Origin: Spironucleus salmonicida
Taxonomy: Eukaryota
Assembly: GCF_000497125.1 (NCBI RefSeq)
Contig: NC_090603.1
Span: 496,001-560,000, forward strand
Direction: 5' to 3'
Length of the DNA: 64,000 nucleotides
Of the stretch, positions 26,906-39,945 are shown piece after piece. Both the position numbers and the translations under genes were made by a program. The stretch's first letter is position 1; the number at the start of each line of letters is the position of its first letter. Under the pieces are notes generated by a model. The model did not search any database and was not told the origin of the DNA. It saw nothing but the letters and a program-made list of their open reading frames with translations.

Positions 26906-27949
26906 TCACAAAAAATAATCTATTCCACCATCGTAATCATGTTTACCAATTCCTAGTCCTATTTCGTCTTAGCCCTTGCCTTTTTAGCTTGGAAATTCCA
27001 TTATTTTCATAAATTCGCCGTCAAATACACCAAAAGCTCCCAAATTACCGCAACGACCACAATAATTCGCAGCAGACCAAATTGTACAAACGGAATTAAA
27101 AAGTGTAGAAAATCCCCCTTCCTAAAACTAGTGTCCTCTTACGATATATTCCAATTCATTAGTTTTCAAAAAAATTTCTACTGCTTTTTTACCAAAATTT
27201 TAATATTTTCCACGTTTTGAAGGCCCAAAAAGTTCGAACTCTGGATCAGGATCTGGCCATAACATCAGATCAAAGCTATCGCTAAACCGTGATGTCTAAT
27301 TAATTTGCTTTAAAGTCTCAAATTCTGGTGCTATTCCACCATGAACACAGAAAATTGACTTAGCTGAAAAACCAATTTTGTAGCCCTAATTCAGTTTTTG
27401 GACTGGTTCAATTAATTTACTTGTCGAATGAAAAATCGAGATTAAATCAGAAAATTTATTATCATCAATTTTCGGTTTCTAACTACCTATTTTAACTACA
27501 GCCGCAATAGGAAGTGCTTCAAAAGCCCTCAGGCAGGAGCTGTAGACCCTGGTACTGGTTTTTCGCTAAATTTCATCAAAAAATCCATATACACGACAGA
27601 TTTAGTCACTTTCATGATTCCCACGTAGTACAAAAAAATTCAGTGGATATAGAATTTTTAGTGCGAAAAGCATAATAAGACACTCGAGAGAATTGCTACC
27701 TCGGTCCACAAAGTCGCCCATCTGGATAATATTTGGGCAAATAATAGAGTGCTTTAAGCAGAAACCTAGATCTTCAAACTGTCCGTGGATATCACTAATT
27801 ATTGCTGTTTTTTGTGTCAAATATACTATGTTGGTTTCAGCTTAAAAAATCAGAGTAGCTGTGTTTATCAGCTTTTATAGTTCTGCTGGTTAGGGGATAC
27901 GTTTTGGGAGAGCTTTAATGATTTCTAATAGACGAGTGTTAGAGAGCAT
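26906..27949 (-). CDS. Ser/Thr protein phosphatase, PPP family
   Basis: SDIHGQ, GDFVDRG, RGNHE, CVHGGI, LMLWPDP, RGHQ, TIWSAANYCGRCGN. Confidence 0.92.
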
Positions 27950-28124
27950 ATTGAAAGGGAAAATTTATTTGTGAATAAAGGGTTTTAATCTTATTTGTCT
28001 ACTTTTTATATTTATTTGTTCTAATTATATGATAAATTATTTTTTGTTAGAAATAGTGGTGAGTTTTAAGCCAAAAATTAATTATTATGTATTATAATAA
28101 ATATAATTATTCTTCCGCTTTAAA

Positions 28125-29372
28125 ATGGGATGTGGCAATATGGAGTTATATCCAACGTTAGAAGGCTCACATTTAAATAACTTATCCCACGAAGAGATTT
28201 CCTATATATCAGAAGACTATAACTAAAAACCTGGAAATTCAGCTTCGTCATCACCTAATAATTCTATTACAGTACCACCTCCAATATAAACATTGCCTTA
28301 AAAATTAAGTTTTTAACTGCCTAAACCTCGTAAATTTCCAATAAAATACATAGAAGGGTAAATTTTAGGAACTGGTGCTTTTGGTAAAGTATATTCTGGA
28401 ATTGATTAGGAAACAGGAAATTTGCTTGCCATAAAACATCTTAATATTTAGTTTATAAAATAAGAATAAAAATAGGAAATTTATAACGAAATAACATATT
28501 TAGCCAATCTACGACATCCATATATAGTAAAAATATTCGATTATTAGGAAACAAATAAAACTATATAAATTTATCTCGAACGATTATCAACATCTATTTA
28601 GTCATTGACTAAAAAATTTAACGGACTTCCAGAACCACTTATCAAGCAAATTGGTCTTTAATTAGCAGAAGCTGTCTCATATTTGCATTCTAATGACGTG
28701 TCACATTGTGATATTAAATGTGCTAATATAATGTTTAATGATAATTAAGAACTTAAGTTGGTTGATTTTGGGAGTGCAATATAAAGTTAAATTCCAATAT
28801 CAGGTATTAGAGGCTCTCCATATTGGCTAGCACCTGAGATTTTATAAAATTCTTCTTATGACCCAAAAGCTGCAGATGTATGGAGTTTTGGTGCTACAAT
28901 ATATGAAATGTATTGTGGTCAGCCACTTTTTAGTTAATTTAAAAGTGCTCCTGCAGTAATGTACTTCCTTAGTCAAAATAAGTAAATACCTGAGATTAAT
29001 TTTGGTAGTGATAAACTTAAAAAATTGCTTAAGAAAATATTTCAACCTGTAGAATTACGAATTACAATGCAAGAAGTGCTAAGCGATGCATTTTTCAGTG
29101 GATAACATAGTTAAATGATAAACTTGAATGTATAAGAAGATTGTGAATTAAATGCTCAATAATAGCAAGAATAATAAGAGATGAATATTTTATAGGAAAG
29201 TATTATTGGCAAAAAGACGATTTAATAAGTTTTGGAGAAAGTTGAAGATGAAGTCAAGCAATCAAATGACCTCTTATAATAGTCTTTTTGGGGAATTGTG
29301 TTAAATAGTTTTGAAAACTTATTTGAAGAACATAACAAAGATTTGTTTAAAAATTATTGTATTCTATAATGA
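28125..29372 (+). CDS. Ser/Thr protein kinase, STE/MAPKKK-like
   Basis: LGTGAFGKVY, LAIK, HCDIKCANI, DFG, GSPYWLAPE, DVWSFGA. N-terminal MGCG is a possible acylation site. Confidence 0.92.
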
Positions 29373-29395
29373 GAAATTGTGTGAATGTGTTTTAA

Positions 29396-29857
29396 TCACT
29401 TGCGAAATCCTCTTGTAAATTTTGTAGGCCTAGCGTTAACTTAGTTTTGTGTCTCACTGATTATGTCTTATAATGTAAGCGTTTATTTTGTGATTTCAAA
29501 ATCATGTACACTAGATTCTTCACTATAACAAGATGGCATGTCATATTTTTACGTTTAACCTATTGAAACATCAAGCAAGGAAATATTCTTTCTAATCTTT
29601 CTACTTTTTCTTTATTTGTAAACTTACTGCGCTTAAAAATAGGTAACACTCACTTACAAGCTAGGTATATCATTTTGTATTCTTATATCGTTAGATACTA
29701 AATTTTTAGTATAATTATTACAAACATCGATTTTTCGTTTACTTTAATTCTATTTTTTACTGTACTCACACATTATATTATTAAATTCTAAATCAACTCT
29801 GTGTCTTTTTTATTCTTAAAAACTTTGATTAAGTGTACTTTTAATTAACCCATTCAT
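29396..29857 (-). CDS. Hypothetical basic protein (~153 aa)
   Basis: AAAATG start, in-frame AAG-TGA end. Confidence 0.5.
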
Positions 29858-29958
29858 TTTTAGTTATATATAATTTATATGATTATTCAATACGATAATC
29901 ATTAAACCTTAATCTCTATATTATATTAGAAATTATTATAATATAAATAAATTATAAA

Positions 29959-30402
29959 ATGAAAAAATCTTAACTCATGACTTCAAGTGTCAATTTATAG
30001 CTATCAGCTTCACCCCCACCACAGATAAAATAAAAACAAAAAGGGTATAATTCTATTGCTCTATAAGAAAAATACGGCATATAAGCTAAAATTTAATAAA
30101 AATATAGTAATAATTATTTAAACTAAGACTCTGATCTAACAAGATAAATGTGGCAATTATGTACAATGGGTGGTAGTCAGAGCAAAACTAAATAATTATT
30201 TTCGAATTATTTCTTTCACCCTAAAACTACCAAAAAATCATAACATAAAAACAAATAATGTCAATAACCACAAAGTATTTAAGTTAATACCCAACTTATT
30301 AATACGTTAGAACCAATTACTCATACTATGAGCGAAAATTTAATCTTGGCAAGTACTGAAGTATCAGATTTAGAAGATAGTTTAAATTTAGATTTACTTT
30401 GA
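29959..30402 (+). CDS. Hypothetical protein (~147 aa)
   Basis: AAAATG start, open frame with acidic C-terminus ending in TGA. Confidence 0.5.
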
Positions 30403-30937
30403 ATTTTATTCAGCTATCTTTAATATTTATATAAGATATTACTACTATTATTCGAGTAGTCTCTAATAATAATGCCTAAATAATAATTCTTTAGTTATTT
30501 TAGTTAGTATATCCATTAGGATAATCTTTAATATTTAACAAATACTTATAGTAATAGTAATGAAATTTATGATTAGAAAAACAGTGTTAGTTTCACTTTC
30601 CTGATTCTTATCAAAACTTGATTATAGCATCAAATAAGTCTAAAAATTATATTAGGAAATACTATTATAAGAGTTAGCTATTTGTTCAAGTGTCTTGTGC
30701 AGTATTAATCTGCTTATGCTATATTGTTAATTATATATCACGTAACTAATTTATTTATCTATATATAGAAATTATAAGAATCACAGTTAGTGATATTTTA
30801 TAGATTTTAGCATGAAGTTATTACTTTCTAATCTAGATATTTAATTTTTAAGATAATGTAATTAATTTTATGCACTTTTACTAAAAATAATTAAAGCAAC
30901 CACAACATCAATTAATAAATAAAATATAAAATGGTAT

Positions 30938-32827
30938 TCAGATTAAGATATCTCTTCTCTTCGCTTCTTCTATTTACTTTTAGGCTTCTTCCATCTCAGG
31001 TCTTTATAAAGGTGGATTCAAAATTGCAACAAAAACTAAACAAGAACATTAAAACATAGTATTCAAAATAAGAGCATTTCTGTAATTATAATTTTGCAGT
31101 TAACCCACTATAAAACCAGATGAAGCCCTGCCTATAGAGTTTCCTATTTAAAATAATCCCATAACTTTTCCTCTTGTTTCAGGACGTGTGTACATAGAAA
31201 GTAGTTGTAAAAACAGTGAATCACAATAAATAGAGGCAATAATACTAGTAGTTATGGTTAGATACATTATATTTGGATTCAATGGAGGATTTATTGAAAA
31301 ATTTATTAAAGCTTCTCCTATCGACAAAAACTAAGCCATAATTATAGATCTACATTCACCTATGGTATTAATTAATCTTTTTGTACCAATTGAAACCACA
31401 ATAATTCCTAGAGCCAATGATACCATAGATACTGTTGATAAAAACTCTCTAGACTCATTGGGATTCGTAAATCCAAAACTTTTCAGAATAAAATAATTTC
31501 CACCAATTCTAAGAGCGTTATCACCTGTTAACGACAATAAATAGCCCATAAACAAAATAATTATGTTTTTATTAACATGTATTCTCAATTTCAAGCCTTT
31601 CTCTTTAATTTTATGTGCCAACCCATTTTTCTTAAGAAAACGATTTAGATTAATTGCCTATGAGCTTTCTTTGAGAAACAAAGCAGTAATAAAGAAATTA
31701 ATAATATAAATAACAGTAGCAATAATTTGGGAGTCATAGTATGAGAATGAAATTTTTGTGAACACGTCCTAGAATGCCATTTCTGGAGTGGTTTTGTATT
31801 TTGGTAGTGCTGCAAGTAGAAGTTAGATACCAAATGATAGCATGCTTCCAGTGAGAGCAAATACGTTTACAAGAACGATTACAAGCCCTCTTACTTTTGG
31901 TGGTGCCAAATCTGAAGCCATTAAGAACGAAATAGGTGATAAAATAGCACCACTACCTTGAATCCCTCTGATTGTTTACATGATAATTATAGCTGTTTAG
32001 TTATTAACGATAAACGAAATAAATATAAGGAATATACTTGTTATTGTATATAATAATGTAATTATTAAATATACATTTTTTCTACCTATTTTATCGGAAA
32101 TCCACAACCAGAATATGCTAAATGGGATCTAAACTAGGTTGAAATAGGAGCTCAGGTTGGATATATCAGATGCAGTTGCACCACGATAGGCGATATAATA
32201 CACCGCATTAATAAATGACAGAGAAAAAGCGAATGAGGAAAGAATTTAAAGTATGTAGACTGCCCACAAATTATTGGAGTAAAATTTAGGCTCTTACTTT
32301 AAGTCTTTATTTATATCAGCTACTTCTAAGCAATCAGAACCAGATAAATTCATAAATAATTACATATCAATTTCGTTAGGAATGTAATCTATTATAAGTT
32401 CCTAGTTAAAATCAAATGATGGGAATCCATCTTCTTTTTCAAGTTCCTTATAAACTTTTAAAATATTCTCAGCTATTGTATAGAAATTTATGTCTTAGTT
32501 TTCAATCTGATAATAGTCAATTAAACTTTAATAAGAATTTAAGAATACATTATGCTTATCTGATATTTTAATTTCTTTATCTCCTGACAATTTTATAAGA
32601 ATAGTAGAAAATATATGAACGTTAGTATTGCTTCCAGTAGGGACAATAATGAGAAGTTAATTCGTTATATATGTTAATATGTCTGATTCAAAAAGATTAA
32701 GCAAATCTATATCTATATGTGAATCCAATTAATAATGGTCTGACAATTCTTATGAATATCGTATTATTCTTTACAACTGAATAGACTAAAATTAAAAGAA
32801 CTCAGTAAGAATAAAATCTTTGGTCAT
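30938..32827 (-). CDS. Major facilitator superfamily transporter with N-terminal soluble extension
   Basis: MFS motif A (WISDKIGRK), IRGIQG, ASDLAPPKVRG, second repeat TRPETRGKVMG; many TM segments. 629 aa. Confidence 0.88.
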
Positions 32828-33697
32828 TTAAATTAATTAAGAATATACAATTAAGGTATAAGCAATGCACTGAGTAGAAACATTAATTCTTTAATTTTTA
32901 ATTATATATTAATTTTCCAAATAGATTAAGTTTTATATCAGAATCTACTTTAACATTTAGCATAGGCTAAATATTTTTATATTGTATTTTAGTTTCTTAA
33001 GTATTTTAACAATATAATTGGCTTTTACTTATAGAAAAGTTTCTTTAATGAATAGACATATTATAGAAGAAATACTTTAACATTTATCAACATTTCCGTA
33101 ACTATATTCAATAAATTATTGTTAATATTTGCTATTGAGAAGTTCCGTGAAACTTACTTTTTCTAGTTCCTCTTAAACTGTATCTTTTTTTGAGTATTTA
33201 AAACAGTCTATTGTATCTTATTAATATATAATATATTTCAAAATAATAAATTGTTTATATTTATACATTTACATTCAATAAGAATTAATTTTTAGTATAT
33301 CTAATGATTAAAGAATAAATTAATAATATTTGGTTTACATTAATGTAATTATATCTAAATATTATATAGTTATTGTAAAATATAGTATATTAATGCATAC
33401 TTATTTGTAATAAAATTGTTACAATTACATTCATGAAATAATATATTTACTATTTTTATCTGAAAATAAAAACTATGTTACAACAATAGGTTTAATTCAG
33501 ACCTAAAATATAGGAATAATTATATTGAATGGATGAAAATGGATGATGATTCATATTTTACCTTTTTATGATGGTTTAAAAAAATCTATATTTTGAATAG
33601 TATTTAATTAGACCACTAATCTATTTATAATACCTTATAATATTATTCATGATAAGTGCAACAATTCTTATAGGGAGATTTTTAATCCCTTGGAATA

Positions 33698-34019
33698 GTA
33701 CGCGATAGTGCATGGGGAGTGTGTGAACACTGCGTGCCCCGAGGGGCAGACATTCAACCCCGCGATCCTCGGCTGCGACGAGACCCAAGAGTTCAACCAG
33801 AGCGTGTCCTCGGGGCTGATCGCCGGAATAGTGATCATGGCCCTGATAGTGGTAGCGCTGGTGGGGCTGGGCGTGTATTTCTTTATGAAGAAGCGTAACG
33901 ACATTCCTAGGAGAAACTCCATTGTCATGCCCCTCCGGGACGCCCCTATACACCGCATGAACTCTAACAACTCAACCGCCCTGGTAACTGAAAATCCGGA
34001 GTATGCAAAATGGTGTTAA
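33698..34019 (+). pseudogene. 5'-truncated inverted copy of the CRMP 3' end (21180-21491)
   Basis: 312 bp near-identical to the reverse complement of 21180-21491. No in-frame ATG after an upstream TGA; original stop AAG TGA is AAA TGG here. Confidence 0.85.
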
Positions 34020-34117
34020 TATTTCTAACTAACAATATTGTTTAATAAAATTTGTTTATTTAATAACCAGGAAAATAACTATATCAGTAATAATTTATAA
34101 AATAGTAATCCCGTATC

Positions 34118-34828
34118 TCACTAAGCCATTTATAGTCCAGTTAAAGCGACTACAACTAGATCTAGTAAATCCTTAATCTCATTATCCTCAATTTCCCCAG
34201 AAAGTTTCTAAACTACAAATTTACTAATCTTTAATACGTCCAAGTTATCATTATTCCGTTATTAATAAACATAATTACTGGCTCTACAAAACTCAATAGC
34301 AACGCTTACAAAATGATCGACTGGTTTCTTAATTTAAAATCCATTCCACATTAAATTTGCATCTCTACAGCTCATATTTGAAGGAAACTCGTCTTTTATA
34401 AGTTCAGTACCATCTTATCGTAGTATTCCCTCCCCTACTTTTAAAAATCCAGTAATATTCACTTTTGGAGGTGAAGCAGGTGGAATGTCCAGAGAGTTAG
34501 TGATAATAACATGAGATTTACTTTTTTGAAGCTGTAAAATAGCACGAGGATTTTTTAATATTTTAGCAATTTCTGCATTTGTATTTCCAGGAAATCTAGG
34601 AAATATGCTAAATTTATCAGTTTTTAGTGATTCATAAGTATTAAACTAGAACTTATTAAGTCTGCGCATAATTTCTCGTGATGATTATTTTTGGCGAGGT
34701 GGTGGCCTTTGTAGAGGTTTCGGCATCCCAAAATCAGGTAAAATTATAAACGAAGTATCTGATGATTCTGCACGTGCAGCAAGTGGTGTTAGTGAAGCTT
34801 TTGGCGACTAGTTTATTTTGTTATACAT
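34118..34828 (-). CDS. Hypothetical protein (~236 aa)
   Basis: Fully read open frame MYNKINQSPK...LQMAQ ending TAG-TGA. Confidence 0.65.
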
Positions 34829-34906
34829 GAATAAAGTGGAATTTTCATTTTATATCATAATAAAATATATAATAACCAGATAAAATAAACTTTGATTTTA
34901 GCCAAA

Positions 34907-35515
34907 ATGTGGAATCATTTTGATCAAAAGGTAAAAAGTTTAGAATAAGATTTCACTAGTACTACAAGTAAGTATATAACCTCCGAGATCATAAACAAAA
35001 ATTCATACAAGGTTTACAGATCAGATCCCTTTTTAACATCTAAAGAAAATAATATGTGTAACAGAATTATAAGATAAATTTCTCAAGAAACTACGTCTAA
35101 TTTTACAGATAATAAGTATAATTCTACATTTATGACTATAGTTCCAGAGAACACACCGAACAATTAAAAAAATTCATTAAGAAATGAATAAATTAAATTT
35201 TTATAGACGCAACCTTTAGTATTTAATACAGCAAAAATTGAATAGCCATAATTTAGAGTACCTTCTCCATCATATACATTAGTACGTAGTCGAATCGCCA
35301 TTGATAATACAAAGTAATAAAATTTTAGATAAACAAAGCAATTGTTAGTATCAGGAATGTTTCCAATAAAATCTAATCTTATCCAATTTTATTAATTAAA
35401 ACCATAATTTGAGTATGTTAACCCAAGAAATTATCCTTCAAATTCATCAAAATCTGATGAAGCACCTATATAACCAAAATCCCCATTTCGATATCCATAT
35501 CGAACCAAAAAATGA
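34907..35515 (+). CDS. Hypothetical protein (~202 aa)
   Basis: CAAAATG start, ends AAA-TGA at 35513-35515. Confidence 0.6.
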
Positions 35516-35953
35516 TCATTTTTTAAGTATACTAGTCCGAATAGTTTGTGTAACAAAGAACTTCTATTAGGTTTAATTAGGCAATAACTTAGTTTCTTTA
35601 ACTGATAATGATTTTGATCTAAATATCCGCTCATAGATTTCTTTATATTCCTAGTTTATTATTTTCTATTTCCGCTTTTACATAAAAACATTCTAAGAGC
35701 ATAAAACTGCAAGTTCAAATTTGCTTTTTTCCGTTTTTAACAGTTAATTACTGGACAGGTTATTAAGAGAATAATTAATGTTATTTATTGTTTTAACTGA
35801 ATTTTATTATCTCTAATTTATGTATTTATGGTTAAAAATATCTAGATAAGGATATCTTTCGAAGTTGGAACTATTTTACATTGCGGTCGTCAAATATTTT
35901 ATGTAATTATATATAATACTACATATTGAGCAATTTTCCCCTTCACTACTCAT
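35516..35953 (-). CDS. Hypothetical protein (start may be the ATG at 35881)
   Basis: Open frame ending AAA-TGA immediately adjacent to the stop of the convergent gene. Confidence 0.5.
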
Positions 35954-36064
35954 GAAGTTTTAGGTTTTTAAGATATAATATCTATTATATATAAGATTTT
36001 AACTAATTTAAACTATATGTATATAATAATATTAATAGTTAACGCCCTTCCTTTTTTCACTCTC

Positions 36065-37108
36065 ATGTCACTCAGAGGCGCGTACCGCAACCTGGTGCTC
36101 TCCTAGACGAAGCAGAACTTCTTCATCCAACAGTTCTCGCCCGAGCAGATCTCCTACACCTGTACGGCCCCTAACTGCACATTTCAAGCGCAAATCGGTC
36201 CCAACAGCCTGAATTTTAGCATCGTGGAGCCCCATTCCTGCGTAACCCAAAAATTCATTCCCGTGAACGCACCGTGTCCCCAAATCGGCTCACAGATATG
36301 CTTATCGTTCTCGTACGACGAGATTTTCGCGATAACGCTGGAGCCCGCGAAGACGTTCTCGAACCGCTACGGGACGTTCGCCCACGATGACGTGCTCGCG
36401 CTACCGCTCGGCTCAAAAATTTTTTCGGTCGCCAAAACCTCATTCGGATTCTCGCTGGCGATGACGCCTGACCTCTTCGCCCGGACGCTCCAGCGCTCCA
36501 CGCAGATCATTTTCGCTCCTGATGCGGCCTTTGTGCTCCAGTTCGTTACACCCGGCATGACGATCGCGGAGGCCGGCGTGGGATCCGGTGCGCTCAGTCT
36601 GCGCCTCTTTGAGAGCATCGAAAAGCGCGGAAAACTCTTCGGATACGACGTTGACGACCTACGCGTTCAGACGGCAAATTCTAACTTTTAGGAGTGGAAA
36701 ATCAAAAACAATATGAATTCGGAATTCGTCATTTAGACGCATGACGTCGCGAATGGCTTTTTGGGCGTCGTTGACAAATCGCTGGATTTCGTGTTTCTGG
36801 ACCTCCCGGAGCCCTTTAAGGTCGTTTCCGCGCTCCAGAATTCACTCAAAAGCAATGCTCTTTTTGTCATTTTCCTTCCCTGCATCGAGCAGATTCACAC
36901 GTTTTTGGGTGCCTCCAGGGATGTCATTCAGGTCAAAACGATAAAAATAAACGCCTCAGGAATGGAACTCGAGCAGCGCTGCCTGCCCGCCAGCGGCGTT
37001 AGAAGGAGCTTCAAGGGCTCCCGCGACGGCGAGAAGTTCGAGTTCCTCAAGGAAACGCAGATGATGAGGACGCACACAGGCTACATGGTGCTGTGCAGGA
37101 TTTAGTGA
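36065..37108 (+). CDS. TRM61: tRNA m1A58 methyltransferase catalytic subunit with N-terminal zinc-finger-like extension
   Basis: RYGTFAHDD, TPDLFARTLQRSTQIIF, EAGVGSGALS (SAM binding), VFLDLPEP, FLPCIEQI, HTGYM. Confidence 0.93.
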
Positions 37109-37134
37109 GGAAAAGATTTTATATATGTTAATAT

Positions 37135-37138
<4 letters not shown>

Positions 37139-37167
<29 letters not shown>
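37139..37167. repeat. (TAA)9 microsatellite
   Basis: Nine tandem TAA units directly visible downstream of TRM61. Confidence 0.85.
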
Positions 37168-37168
<1 letters not shown>

Positions 37169-37619
37169 GTATTTGAAAAATGTAATGTAGAAAACGATGG
37201 AGTTACGCAGAGTGATAATTGGTAAGTTATGGGCGAATGTGTGGAATAGGGAATATATATTATGCAGATTTTATGCGAAATGTATGTTGGGAGCAAATTG
37301 AAAAAATGGTTGCCTGTTTGAATGCGAAATATTGCTAGACTTTGGAGTAATATAGTTTTTTTAACTGAATTAACGATTTAGTTATGTTTATTTAAGTATT
37401 TGAGCCTAAAAATCGGTTTGGTAAGCTTATTATTTTTATCCCTGTTAAAGTAAAAAATTAGACAATTCTATATTATACCACATTTACGATTAAATTAGCT
37501 AAGTAAAATTTTAATATAACTGTGAAAATTTATAGACTGAAACAATCAACCTCACCCAACTTGACGTAGTACTCATTAAATTTTGTAAATCACCTATCGA
37601 TCTATCTCGCACCGATACC

Positions 37620-38627
37620 TCACGCCTCACTCATTTCCACAACATCTCCCTCATCGTATATCTCGTGACACAAAATCGCTTCCATAATGTCCTCCAATGT
37701 AACTATTCCAACAACTATCTCCCCACTTCGAACAAGTGCTAAATGCCCTTTTCCGGTCTAGAATTAGTTCAGGGCCTCGTAGACGCGTGTTTTCTCATCC
37801 AGATGTATCAAATTCTTACGAATTTTCTCCCTATTCAGCGTCAAGTCCTGCTGCTCAGGATTGTGCATTATGAGGCTCTTTATGTGCAAAACGCCGCAAA
37901 TCTCGTCTCCCTCAGTGATCAGGATCCGCGAGTGTCCGCGTTCATAAATTTCGAGCATTTTAGCCTGGTTGAAGATCGTACTCACAGCGAGAACATACAC
38001 ATCCTCAATTGGCGTCATGACTTCGAGAACACTCATTTTAGCACAACGTATTACGGATTTGATCTGCTGGACCTCCTCGCGGTCCAGGTTCGCATCAGAA
38101 TTCTCAGAAGGTCTGGACTCTCCCTATTGTTCGATTATACACTCAATTTCGCGCCGTTTGTAGAACTCTATTCCCTCGTCGCCGACGATTTTTCCGAGCA
38201 GCTTCGCGAAAATGAAACTGCCCAGGAACGTGCAATAAATAAAAATCCATAAAATAAATGAAAAAAAGCTTCCTATTTGAATTCCAAATTTTCCACAGAG
38301 TGCCTGTGGGAGTATTTCACCAAAAATGACGAGCAACGAAACGCTTAAAACAAGCGCCAGTGCAGGCCCCACCAGCTAATCCAGAAGTAGAGGAATGGCG
38401 GCCATGCAAATTGAGTTAGCAATCAGTAGTGCACATAGCAGTAGGTGCCGATCTGCTAGCAGTGGACGCAATTTCCTAGTCAAGATCGGATATTTCAACT
38501 GGCTTAGCTCGAACTTAAGCGGGGACATGCCAAGCAGGCCTGTATTTAAACCTGAGCAAATAGAAGACAAGAAAAGCAGCAGAATCAGCGCAATTGATAG
38601 ACCGGCTTTCTTGAGGTCGGTTGGCAT
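37620..38627 (-). CDS. CNNM/DUF21-CBS domain metal transporter family protein
   Basis: CSGLNTGLLGM, HLLLCALLIAN, FGEILPQA, VMTPIEDV, GHSRI, VGIVTLEDIMEAIL.HEIYDE. Confidence 0.92.
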
Positions 38628-39178
38628 AAATTTTTATATTATCAATTTAATATATAATAATTGAAGTAGGTAATATGGATTGGAAAAAAAGTAATTTTAA
38701 AGGATTAATTTATATAATAATGATGTTTAAAATATAATAAATAGAAGGATGTAGAAAATGCATAAATGTTCATTGGAATAGGCGGTGTGACAAATTATAT
38801 ATATTTTTAGTTGCTGGAAAAGATAAAATCTAATGCTTTATTTTTAGATTAAGTTAGTTGATAAATATTTTAATAATTAGTTTTGGATGGATAAGGTAGA
38901 TAAGTGCTAAATAATGAACTAAATTTAGAAATTGTGGTTATGTGCAGGTGATGTACTCTGAAAATAAGAAACTAATTTGTGTTTTTTGAACCCACTTATA
39001 ACCCTTCTATACTGTCAAACTAAATGTTTCTATTATAAAAGTTAAATAATTATTTGAGTATATTAAATAACTAGAATTATTACTTAACATGATTATAATT
39101 CTTTTATCAATGTACTTTATAAAAAACTTTCAAAAATAGTATATGATATATACATATTATAACATTATTATTTCAAAA

Positions 39179-39910
39179 ATGGGAATGGCACATTTCAACT
39201 GGTTCTCAGCAGCAGCTGACAATAATTTGAAGCAGCTCAATAAAATTAAACTGTTTAAAGAATATGATATGAGGTAAGATGCACCAAAAATAGGGTTTGC
39301 AGCTATTCATTATGCAGCTTGTTATAAACAACATGATGCAATACGATTTCTATACGAGCAGGAAAGCAATTTACTAACTAAAGCACCTATTAAATTTACT
39401 TTGATTGCAAGAGCTAATAAGTAGTTATTATTCCCACCTGGATTAAATTATATTTAAATCTCAGCTTTATCAAATGACTTACGATATGTAAAGCGACAAT
39501 TAGAAGTATAAATAAAAACAGAATTTCCACTTTTATCCATATTAATTATCGGGGGCTATTATAATTTTGTTCAGACAAATATATCATTTTTGCTTAATTT
39601 AGTACAAGATAATGATAAAGGAATTCTTATGAACCCGCTGCTAATCTCTGTAATTTTAGGCGAATAGAAGTATGTTGACCTTATAATGGAGTATTTAGAC
39701 TTTCATATAGTAGAATGGATGAAAAGAGACTTGTTTGAAAAAATTATTAATTATACGTAAACGTTTGAATTTCATGCCTTATAACCATTATTTAAAGGTT
39801 TTTTAGAAATGGAGAGATGTAAAGAGTTAATTAAGAAACGGGTAATTTAATCCAGTCATATTTCTAGTTAGGCTGTATCTCCCACTATGCGAAGTTTTAT
39901 TGTAGATTGA
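39179..39910 (+). CDS. Single-module ankyrin-like protein (~243 aa)
   Basis: NWFSAAADNN...YDMRQDAPKIGFAAIHYAACY. Colinear with 58643-59425. Confidence 0.75.
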
Positions 39911-39945
39911 TCAAAAATATAATTATTTTATAAAATATATATTAT

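Noticed and set aside
37102..37296. Poly-Tyr ORF in the track
   Set aside because: Artefact of the (TAA)n microsatellite.
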